From Octopus bimaculoides (Eukaryota), in the NCBI RefSeq assembly GCF_001194135.2, contig NC_068989.1, positions 65,010,379 through 65,066,073 of the forward strand: a DNA stretch of 55,695 nt. The letters run 5' to 3'. Under the pieces are notes generated by a model. That model saw only the letters and a list, made by a program, of their open reading frames with translations, was not told where the DNA came from and ran no database searches. Numbering within the stretch: position 1 is the stretch's first letter; the number at the start of each line of letters is the position of its first letter. The translations under genes were made by a program, and so were the position numbers. Of the stretch, positions 37,591 through 48,450 are shown piece by piece.

Positions 37591-38163
37591 ACCATGACAC
37601 TCCCGTCAGCCCCATCCCCTACCCTGTTACCGCTACTGCTGCCTTGAACCCGACCTTTGGTAACGTTCCTGCATCTCTCTGTGTTTGTATGTGTAGTTGT
37701 AGTTGTTGTTGCTATTATTGTTATCCCTGTTGCTGTTGTCGTTGTTGGTCGTGTTATTGATATTGTTGTGGCCGTCTGTGAAATTACTGTGTTTGTGAGT
37801 GTACATGGGTTCGCTCCCTTTGTTGTTTTTATCAGTGCCCTTTATACAGATTTTGTTTTAATATATCTCTATTTCTTGATATTTATCATAGGTATGTGCA
37901 TATTTGACTATTGCGCGTGTATTACACTGTTTGTATCTGTTTTTACCTCCCTTCTGTCTTTAGTCATCGTGTTGTGTGATGAGGTGATGGGTGTTATTGT
38001 TCCATTCGTGTTTTCTGTTGAGACTCGGTCTGTCTATTGCAATGTGTAAGCCTATGTCATCTGTTTAAGTGTCGTGTCAGCTGTTTCTACTACTTTAATC
38101 CGTAGACTGGCCTTATCTAATGTTTTTCTAACACACACAAACACACACACACACACACACATG

Positions 38164-38206
<43 letters not shown>

Positions 38207-38997
38207 NNNNNNNNNNNNNNNNNNNNNNNNNNNNNNNNNNNNNNNNNNNNNNNNNNNNNNNNNNNNNNNNNNNNNNNNNNNNNNNNNNNNNNNNNNNNNN
38301 NNNNNNNNNNNNNNNNNNNNNNNNNNNNNNNNNNNNNNNNNNNNNNNNNNNNNNNNNNNNNNNNNNNNNNNNNNNNNNNNNNNNNNNNNNNNNNNNNNNN
38401 NNNNNNNNNNNNNNNNNNNNNNNNNNNNNNNNNNNNNNNNNNNNNNNNNNNNNNNNNNNNNNNNNNNNNNNNNNNNNNNNNNNNNNNNNNNNNNNNNNNN
38501 NNNNNNNNNNNNNNNNNNNNNNNNNNNNNNNNNNNNNNNNNNNNNNNNNNNNNNNNNNNNNNNNNNNNNNNNNNNNNNNNNNNNNNNNNNNNNNNNNNNN
38601 NNNNNNNNNNNNNNNNNNNNNNNNNNNNNNNNNNNNNNNNNNNNNNNNNNNNNNNNNNNNNNNNNNNNNNNNNNNNNNNNNNNNNNNNNNNNNNNNNNNN
38701 NNNNNNNNNNNNNNNNNNNNNNNNNNNNNNNNNNNNNNNNNNNNNNNNNNNNNNNNNNNNNNNNNNNNNNNNNNNNNNNNNNNNNNNNNNNNNNNNNNNN
38801 NNNNNNNNNNNNNNNNNNNNNNNNNNNNNNNNNNNNNNNNNNNNNNNNNNNNNNNNNNNNNNNNNNNNNNNNNNNNNNNNNNNNNNNNNNNNNNNNNNNN
38901 NNNNNNNNNNNNNNNNNNNNNNNNNNNNNNNNNNNNNNNNNNNNNNNNNNNNNNNNNNNNNNNNNNNNNNNNNNNNNNNNNNNNNNNNNNNNNNNNG

Positions 38998-39095
38998 GAT
39001 TAAATGAGTCCTGGGGTCGATTTGTTCGACTAAAAACCCTTCAAGGCGTTGGTCCATCATGGTCGCACTGAAATGACTAAAGCAAGTAATAGAAT
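38998..39095 (+). mobile_element. 3' tail of SINE family A emerging from an N-gap
   Basis: ctggggtcgatttgttcgactaaaaacccttcaaggcg...gaaatgactaaagcaagtaatagaataa. Confidence 0.8.
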
Positions 39096-39212
39096 AATAG
39101 CATAAATTATTTACACTAAACTACATATTTTGTACAGGTATTTTTTCCTCTGAAAATAACTATTATCACCACAGTTGCAATCGTCACCATCACGACGACG
39201 ACGACGACGACG

Positions 39213-39243
<31 letters not shown>

Positions 39244-39464
39244 ACATCATCATCATCATCATCGTTTATGTTTTTTTAAATTGTTTTATAGAGATCTATG
39301 GTGTGTGAATGTGTATAATGCCATTGTATTTATAGAAGACTTTAGTTAGGCAGATAGCACATGTAAGAAGTTGTTCTTTTATAGTATCTTAAAGACGGAC
39401 ACTTTAAGAGTTGAATTGTCCATGCTCATCATCTTAGGAAAAAAAAATTAACTAATATAATATT

Positions 39465-39661
39465 AATTCCGAATTTTGGCACAAGACCAGCAATTTTATG
39501 GGAGGTGTATGTCACTTAGATCGCTGTCAGTGGTTAACTGCTACTTCTTTTAGCGATCCCGAGAGGATTAAAGGTATGTTGACATCGGCGGAATTTGAAC
39601 TTAGAACCTAAAGATAGTAGAAATGCTCGGTGTGTTAACGATTCTGCCAGCTCACTGCCTT
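39465..39661 (-). mobile_element. SINE family B (diverged, minus)
   Basis: Reverse complement of the head (gcagtgagctggcagaatcgttaac) and body. Confidence 0.85.
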
Positions 39662-39681
39662 AAACTAATATAATATTCTTT

Positions 39682-39832
39682 CTGTATCTTCTGAGTTCAA
39701 ATTCCGCCGAGGTCGACGTTGTCTTTCAGCCTTTCGGGGTCAATAAATTAAGTACCATTTCCGTACTGGTGTCGATCCAATCCACTGGCCCCTTCCCCAA
39801 AAATTTCGGGCCTTGTGTCTAGAGTAGAAAAG
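39682..39832 (+). mobile_element. 5'-truncated, well-preserved SINE family B with 11-bp flanking direct repeat
   Basis: aatattctttc at 39672-39682 and 39833-39843 flanks ctgagttcaaattccgccgaggtcgac...ccttgtgtctagagtagaaa. Confidence 0.9.
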
Positions 39833-39984
39833 AATATTCTTTCGGTATTGCTATAAGCTTATATAGAAATAATACACTGCTTTTTCTACAGACACCTATC
39901 TATAAGAGAACGTGTGGGCTTGAACATAGATTCATTTGTTCTTTTATTTGTTTCACTCATGTGTCTGCGGTCATATTTTGCTTC

Positions 39985-40047
39985 CTTGCCTCTGGCATAG
40001 AACTGCAGCCCATTCTGGGGCACCACTTTGAAGAGTTTAGTCAAATA
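39985..40047 (-). mobile_element. SINE family A tail fragment
   Basis: gcagcccattctggggcaccactttgaagagtttagtc resembles the plus-strand view of the tail at 21720-21750. Confidence 0.5.
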
Positions 40048-40616
40048 TATATATATATATATGTAGACATAGCCATTTAGACGGTGAAGCGTGAGATACA
40101 GCACGGATTATTAACTTAATTTTTATGACTACCCTTTTAATAAAGAGGAAATCATTCAGCGAGACAGACAGCTAGATACATACATACACAAACGGATAAA
40201 TAGACGAACAGATAGATAGTCTGATCAACTGACTGGTCGGCAGATAGCAAGAAAATAGATAAATAGATAGATAGATAGATAGATAGATAAATAGAACATA
40301 CATGGTATTATATGTATGAATAATTAACTATAGTAGAGAAACACTGCCAAATATTTAATTTTTCCTAATCCGAATCACTAATTAATATTAATAATGTTTA
40401 GATAAGAAATCAACCACAAACTCATGCAACAGGTGTCTGCATGTCATTTTTATCTTCTTTCGTATTTTCGTTTTTTAATTTTTATTATCATTTATTTATA
40501 AGCTTAGATTGCTGAAACAGATTGCAAAACAATATTTTAATTATAATTCTTACAAAGTAAATAGAATAGTAGTTGTAGTAGTAGTAGTAGTAGTAGTAGA
40601 TTCTCCCACCTCGCCT

Positions 40617-41564
<948 letters not shown>

Positions 41565-41574
41565 CAATAATAAT

Positions 41575-41760
41575 ATTCGTTTCAAATTTTGGGTCAAGTC
41601 CAGCAATTTTGGGAGAGGGGTGAGTCGATTACATCGACTCTAGTAAACAATTGCTACTTATTTTATCGATCTCGAAATGATGAAAGGCAAAGTCGACCTT
41701 GGTGGGATTTGAACTCAGCTCATAAAGCCGGACGAAATGCCGCTAAGCATTTTGCTCGCC
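41575..41760 (-). mobile_element. SINE family B within (AAT)n
   Basis: Reverse complement of the body; the head is truncated near gctcgcc. Confidence 0.88.
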
Positions 41761-42195
41761 ACCTTTATAATAATAATAATAATAATATTAATAATAATAA
41801 TAATAATAATAATAAACAAGAGGAAGAGGCCGACTGTTATTGGTAATAAATAGAGATTGGCTCTGTTTATTAAAATGAAAATGAAACCAATGAATAATAT
41901 TATGACGCTTTTTACAAGTTCAAAATATAAAATGAAATTAAATTCAAAGATAGGAAATGCCTAAACATGCATAATTAAACTGGAATAACTGCGTTTCTTT
42001 CCAGATAAAACATCATCAGTTTTTGGTCTTTCACAAAAGCAGCAGAAGGAAGGAAGGAAAGAAAAAAAAAATGAAAGAGAATTGAGGAAAGAAATTATTC
42101 AGTCAAAATGTTTAGTGCAAATATAGGGGGAATCACTTATCATTTTATTAATTCATCCAGGCTGAGATGTCAAAAGTTCACAATTATAGCTATCC

Positions 42196-42428
42196 TTATG
42201 GGTTTTGAGGAGCGAAAGCGCAGTGGAATGAGGATATTTTTTTGAGAATGTGCATCTTCAGGCCTTCTTCAAATTTACACCCGTTTGATGTGAAATGCTC
42301 CGCAAGTTCCGTGGAACCACTGTTATTGAGCCTGACGTCGTACCTATGTCCGTTAAATCTTTTTTGTAATCGTTCTGTTGTGCAACCAGCATCAATCATT
42401 TTGTGTTTGCTGCATTGAAAAGATGATA
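42196..42428 (-). pseudogene. GIY-YIG endonuclease fragment of a Penelope-like element
   Basis: FQCSKHKMIDAGCTTERLQKRFNGHRYDVRLNNSGSTELAEHF matches the PLE pattern IxCxxC...YIGxTxRxLxxRxxEH...VAxHF; the upstream part is cut by a SINE. Confidence 0.75.
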
Positions 42429-42444
42429 ATAACAATAATAATCC

Positions 42445-42630
42445 TCATTACTATGGGCACAAGGCCTGAAATCTTGTGGGCAGGGGATAAGTCGTTTCCA
42501 TCGGCACCAGTGCGTAAGTGGTACTTATTTTATCGAACCCGAAAAGAGGAAAGACAAAGCTGACCTCGGTAGAATTCGAACTTAGAGCGTAAGAACTGAA
42601 TAAATGCCGCTAATAATTTTGCTCGCCACA
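42445..42630 (-). mobile_element. SINE family B
   Basis: Same consensus as 29594-29796; flanked by AAT repeats. Confidence 0.88.
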
Positions 42631-42652
42631 TTTATAATAATAATAATAATAA

Positions 42653-42711
<59 letters not shown>

Positions 42712-43189
42712 ATAATAAGAATAAGAAGAAGAAGNNNNNNNNNNNNNNNNNNNNNNNNNNNNNNNNNNNNNNNNNNNNNNNNNNNNNNNNNNNNNNNNNN
42801 NNNNNNNNNNNNNNNNNNNNNNNNNNNNNNNNNNNNNNNNNNNNNNNNNNNNNNNNNNNNNNNNNNNNNNNNNNNNNNNNNNNNNNNNNNNNNNNNNNNN
42901 NNNNNNNNNNNNNNNNNNNNNNNNNNNNNNNNNNNNNNNNNNNNNNNNNNNNNNNNNNNNNNNNNNNNNNNNNNNNNNNNNNNNNNNNNNNNNNNNNNNN
43001 NNNNNNNNNNNNNNNNNNNNNNNNNNNNNNNNNNNNNNNNNNNNNNNNNNNNNNNNNNNNNNNNNNNNNNNNNNNNNNNNNNNNNNNNNNNNNNNNNNNN
43101 NNNNNNNAGGAAGGAGAGGAAGAGGGGGAGGGTAGGGGAGGAGGAAGGAGAGGAAGAGGAGGGAGTGTAGGGGAGGAGGAAGGAGAGGA

Positions 43190-43252
43190 GGAGAAAAAGA
43201 AGAAGAAGAAGAAGAAAAAGAAGAAAAAGAAGAAGAAGAAGAAGAAGAAGAA

Positions 43253-43284
<32 letters not shown>

Positions 43285-43290
43285 AAAAAC
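43190..43290. repeat. (GAA)n microsatellite
   Basis: Directly visible. Confidence 0.95.
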
Positions 43291-44560
43291 AAAGTAGTGT
43301 CATCTGATGGTGTAGAGCTACCTAACGGCGAGAAAATCAGGGATATTGAGACTAATGGGTATAAATATCTGGGGATTTTGGAATACGACAAAATCAAGGA
43401 AAGTGAAATGAAGGAAAGCTTTAGTTGAGAATATCTCAAAGGAACCAAATTAATCATGGGAAGTAGGCTCAATGGAAAAAAACAAGATAAGGGCAGTGAA
43501 CACATCAACTGTTTCATTAATGCGATATGGCGCAGGTGTTGCTAAGTGGAAAGCCAGAAAAGTGATGACAACAAGGATCTACATCTCAAATGTGATACTG
43601 ACATACTGTATGTGCTTAGGAAGAGGCCTCATAGGATCGAAGATCTGTGTTGTCAACGAAAAGAACAATTTGGAATGTTATATCAAACAGCAGAGTGAAT
43701 CCTTACTTGCCGCAGTCAGAATTAACAATACAATACCTACCGAAAATGTAATGCATCCACAAACGTTTAAGAAACAAGATGAAGAAGAAAGAGTAAACAT
43801 TTAGAAAATGAAATTACTGCATGGGTAATACCTTAAAGAAATCGATGGAAAAGGCAAAATGGCTAAGAGATAGTGGAGATGGTTAAGAAAAAGTGATCCG
43901 AAAGGATGCACAGATGCATTGATATGCAGCGCAGAAGCGACATGCCGTAAGAACCAATTGCACCAATATCCAAATAGATATGAGTATCGAATCGCCCCTC
44001 TGTAAGATGTGTATGAGCAGAAACGAAACAATCTCACATATTGTGAATGAGTGTAGGAATTTGGCCCAAAAACACTACAAAAGGAGGCATGATAACGTGG
44101 CTAAGTTCGTCTGCTGAACAGAGCAGGGAAATGGTACTAACATGAGGCAGAAGGAGTCACCGAGAGCAGGGAATATAAGATAGTGTGGGATTTTACAATC
44201 GAATGTGACTCCCTAATCGATGCTCAGAGAACAGATATTGTTCTGGTAGATAAAGGAAAAAAGGAAACCAAGATTATAGATATTGCAATACCTGAGAATG
44301 CACGCATATGTAACAAAGAACTAGAAAATACTGAAAACTAGAGAGTACTAAAAGACGAAGTTGCAAGAATGTGGACTATGAGGAAAGTGGCTGTCATTCC
44401 AGTATTTGTAGGGGCACTCGGATCACTAATAACCAAGTTCGAGTAATATGGCAGCGAAATCGGAGTTAAGATGAGAGCAGATCAAACCAAAAAACTACTC
44501 TGCTGGAGACAGCTAGGATTTTGCGATTGGTAATTGGATGTTGAATGTCTCCCACGATAG
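43291..44560 (+). mobile_element. RLE-type element fragment, family D (RT thumb to C-terminus)
   Basis: GYKYLGILE...KNKIRAVNT...LMRYGAG; zinc knuckle CKMCMSRNETISHIVNEC; RRHDNVA; IVWDF...TDIVLVD...IIDIAIP; VIPVFVGALG...TARILRLVIGC*. Confidence 0.92.
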
Positions 44561-44699
44561 TTAACAACCAAATATCAATGCTGATAATGTCTGGAAAGAG
44601 ACTCTGTGAGACCTCTGACAGAAGTGTGATGTACGCTTTCACAGAACAAACGAAACCGAGCGTTCTGAGAAGTAAAACAATAAAAATAATCCGGAACTA

Positions 44700-45440
44700 C
44701 GAAACCAATGTGATGAAAAGTGGAGTAAACCCAAAGTGCCGATACTGCAGCGATGACATCGAAACATTGACCTATTTAATCTTTAGGTGTAATGTTTTAG
44801 CACCAGTAGAGTATAACCCAAGACATGATAGAGTCGCCAATATCTACACTAGACAATATGTCGGCATTATAAAATCAAAACTGCTGACAAATAGTACAAG
44901 CACCACCCAGTAACTGTAACTGAGGGAGAAAATGTAGCAATTCTTTGGGACTTTCCAGTATATACAGAGTGGACCATCAAACCTAATAAACCAGATATTG
45001 TTGTGAAAGACCAAAATGATAAAATCTGTTTATTGATTGACATGAGCATGCCATGTGATCATATCTCGGCAAAAGAATTTGATAAGCTCAGAAAATATAA
45101 AGCTTTGCTGATTGAAATCGAAAACACGTGGCATCTCAAAACGGTTACTGTATCAGTGATTGTAGGAGCACTTGGAATGACCAAAAAGGGAACTGAAAAT
45201 TATTTCAAGATGATCCCTGGTTTATCATCCATGCAGGACGTGCAAAAGATTGTCTTAACTGGAACGTCTCACGTATTGAGAAGAGCATTGTCGCTGTGAA
45301 TTTTCTTTCCTTTTGCCCCTTTATTTTCTTTGTTATCTTCTTTCATTTCTCCATTTTTCCCTTCTTTCCTGCGTCTTTACTGTGTCTTTCCTCCACTTCT
45401 TCCTATCACATGACTTTGTAAATGAACAATCTGATATGTT
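44700..45440 (+). mobile_element. RLE-type element 3' fragment, family E
   Basis: KCRYCSDDIETLTYLIFRC...RHDRVA...ILWDFPV...KPDIVVKD...LLIDMSMP...KLRKYKAL...IVGALG...QKIVLTGTSHVLRRALSL* (stop ends at 45299), then a pyrimidine-rich 3' UTR. Confidence 0.92.
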
Positions 45441-45534
45441 TATATTAATGGCCTACCAGTATGTACAGTGAGTTTCTTTGCCCGAGGTGTTACGAAGACA
45501 CTCAGCAAGAAATGGAAATAAAATGGAAAGAATG

Positions 45535-45836
45535 CTGTTCTATATTTTAGAGATGAGGAATTCTGTATATTATTTACATTATTTACATTGGACGGATATG
45601 TGTCCTCATCTTCTTTGTTGTTAACACAATGTTTCGGCTGATTTACTCTCCAGCCTTCATCATGTGCCTTGTTAGAATTTTGAACCGAACCCTGTGTTCT
45701 CATTCCTAAGGTATTTTTGTTGCTGATGTTATTATTATCATTATTATCATTATTATTCATTCAAGACACTGCCTGAAATTGAACTCGCAGTCTTGGGGTT
45801 AGTAGCGCACGTTCTTAACCATTACGCTATGTGCCC
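45535..45836 (-). mobile_element. tRNA-headed SINE-like element with (AAT)n linker and hammerhead-bearing tail
   Basis: Minus strand: gggcaca-TAGCGTAATGG (box A)...GAGTTCAATTTC (box B), an AAT linker, then a tail homologous to 48236-48503 that contains the hammerhead motif. Confidence 0.8.
45624..45667 (-). ncRNA. Degenerate minimal type-I hammerhead ribozyme motif
   Basis: gcac-ATGATGA-a-GGCTG-gagagtaaat-CAGCC-GAAA-ca-TT-gtgt: perfect 5-bp stem II and paired stem I, but C3 is changed to A and the stem III CG to CA. Confidence 0.6.
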
Positions 45837-45884
45837 GTGAAAGAAGATTAATGGTAATGATAATTATAAGAAAAGGGATAAGAA

Positions 45885-45924
45885 GCTGAAGAAGAAGAAG
45901 AAGAAGAAGAAGAAGAAGAAGAAG

Positions 45925-45956
<32 letters not shown>

Positions 45957-46000
45957 GTAGTAGTAGTAGTAGAGGAAAAAGAAGGAGAAAAAGAAGAAAA

Positions 46001-46035
<35 letters not shown>

Positions 46036-46157
46036 AGGAGGAGGAAGAAGAAGAAGAAGAAGAATAGGAAGAAGAAGAAGAGGAAGAAGAAGGAAAAGAA
46101 GAAGAAGAAGAAGAAGAAGAAGAAGGAGAAGAAAAAGGGAACAACAACAACAACAAT

Positions 46158-46208
<51 letters not shown>

Positions 46209-46210
46209 AG
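45885..46210. repeat. Compound (GAA)n/(GTA)n/(ACT)n microsatellite
   Basis: Directly visible; explains poly-L/S/F ORFs. Confidence 0.96.
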
Positions 46211-47274
46211 CCTCGACGACAACATAGGTTCAAATGCGTCAGTCGAAGGATCAGTAATGGATGTTTTTCTCGGCAAGAATTAGTCAATGGAAGAATTCAT
46301 AGAAGACTGTGTTAAGTTGGGTTCGGTTGCTAGGAAGATTAGAAAATCTGAGGCTAAGGGATTTTACTTCATTTGGGAGTGAGGGGGAGATAGAAAGTGA
46401 GAGTTGGAGAAGGAGGGTGAGGGATAGTGAGAGAGAGAAAGACAAAGTGAAAGTGAGAGAAAGAGAGAGATTGAGAAAATGAGAGGAATTTGATGAACAT
46501 CACATCACTTCTCCTGGCAACTGAACATGTCAAAGGGTTTCATTAACACCTCTTCTTAGAAGAAAGAAGAAAAGTAAACTATAATATATCCATTCTATAA
46601 GTGACCGGTGCATAACCTCCACAGCAAAGCAAAACGAAAAGAAATGATTGCAAGAACTGAACACAAACATATCAGAACCTGATTCTACTGACAGAATAAT
46701 GACTAAAGAAAGGAAATTGCTCATAAAAATTTAACTTTTATGACCACAACATTTTAAATCTAGCACTTTAAACATCATATAAACATGGCCATTAATGGTC
46801 TGAAGAGTGCGTGAGAAGTAGACAAAAGAAAAATCAACGATTCAAGCCCTTACAGGGGCACGTCTTGAATTGAAAAAATATATGCCTAATTGTTATGATT
46901 AAGAGAAAAGGCTCGTTAAGGATAAGCTTTGCAGTGACTTGGAGCATTAGAAATAGCAGTTAAGTTGTCATTAAATATTGCATGCCTTCATAAATCAGGA
47001 AAGAAGATATTAGATAATGCAGTCTTACAAACTCCAGAAAATGCCGGTGGCCAAGGTTGGAATTCCTGAAGCCGCATACCAACGATTACAGCTGAGAAGA
47101 GAGTCACGTTGTGACTTTGTAATCTGCTAGAAGACGCACTCAACTTTTCCTTAAAACGCAACTTACTGGTTTTAAAAATGCTGGCGTCTAAGCTTCAGTT
47201 GAGTAATATAATGTCAGAGGTATGAAATATACTGAAACAAAAGATGGCTAATGATGTTATGCCAAACTGATAAA

Positions 47275-47512
47275 ATACGGGGACGTAAACACACCAACAC
47301 TGGTGAATTACGAACTGTGGTGGCGTACAAACACACATATATAATATATATATCACGAGCTTCTTTCAGTTTCTGCCTACCAGATCTACTTACAAGGCGT
47401 TGGTCGGCCACAGTAGAAAACTACTTACCTAAAATGCCATGCAGTCGGACTGAACCCAGAACCATGTGGCTGGGAAGCAAGCTTCTTACCACACGCCCAC
47501 ACCTGCACCTAT
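47275..47512 (-). mobile_element. SINE family A, 5' two-thirds
   Basis: gggacgtaaacacacc...cgagcttctttcagtttctgcctacc...gactgaacccagaaccatgtggctgggaagcaagcttcttaccac. Confidence 0.88.
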
Positions 47513-48320
47513 TAGCCATATTCGTTTTTCACTTAGTCATCACATTCATTTTTGTAAAGCCGTGGCGCAATTAATAACGTCTGTTATTAATTGTATTTAT
47601 TTTAGGAGCCTCGAGAAAAAATAACAGAAAACGTCAACGTCACTCAGTTTTGAGATTAAAACATTGGGGAATGAAATTTCAGAATGGAAGCAATTCAGTT
47701 CAGCAGTTTCTGTTTTTGCTGAGGATGTTACCAATAGGAAGTACAGCAGACAATATAGTTTCCATTGCAAATCAAGTTTGTCAATAAGGAATAATCATTC
47801 AATACCATATATCCTCTCACAGAAATCTTGAGTAGTATATCTAAAAGAAAACAGACCAATATTCAATATAATTTTAACTTAGCTAGTTCTTAACGTTTCA
47901 TATCGAAGACTTCATATTTCACCTATCCTCCATTGACATCTCTTTTAAGGTTAAAAAGTGTAATGTGTGAACTTCAGTACCAAAGATGTCTATTATCTGT
48001 TTTCGCTTATAGAATCTATTATATGCTTCAGTGTTGATAAGAGTGCGCAATCGTAATCAATTATGCTATTTTCATATTTTATCATGTACTATAGCCGTAT
48101 AGATCATTCAAACTAGAGATGGCTTGCATAATTTAAACTCCAACGTAAACTTGTTCAAATTACTGGTGTAGTTTACAGCTGTCTGTCTTAGTAAAAAGAA
48201 AAACCCAACAACTAAAGAACTGTCAACGATACAGTTCTATATTTAAGAGATGAGGAATTATGTACATTATTTACATTATTTACATTTGATGGATATTTGT
48301 CCTCATCTTGTTTGTTGTTC

Positions 48321-48364
48321 ACACAACGTTTCGGCTGATATACCCTCCATCTTTCATCAGGTTC
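48321..48364 (-). ncRNA. Minimal hammerhead motif (core and ACGU palindrome intact, stem II damaged)
   Basis: gaac-CTGATGA-a-agatg-gagggtatat-cagcc-GAAA-cg-TT-gtgt. Confidence 0.6.
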
Positions 48365-48405
48365 GATATACCCTCCAACCTTCATCAGGTTCGAAATTTC
48401 CCCAA

Positions 48406-48450
48406 GACACCTGATGAAGGCTGGAGGGTATATCAGCCGAAAAATTGTGC
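48406..48450 (+). ncRNA. Minimal hammerhead motif (core and stems I/II intact, stem III palindrome mutated)
   Basis: gacac-CTGATGA-a-GGCTG-gagggtatat-CAGCC-GAAA-aa-TT-gtgc. Confidence 0.65.

Noticed and set aside
38060-38120. Minus-strand GAAA-CAGCTG resembling the 53.6-kb ribozyme
   Set aside because: No intact CUGANGA upstream and the conserved U after the palindrome is missing; at best an unrecognisably decayed copy.
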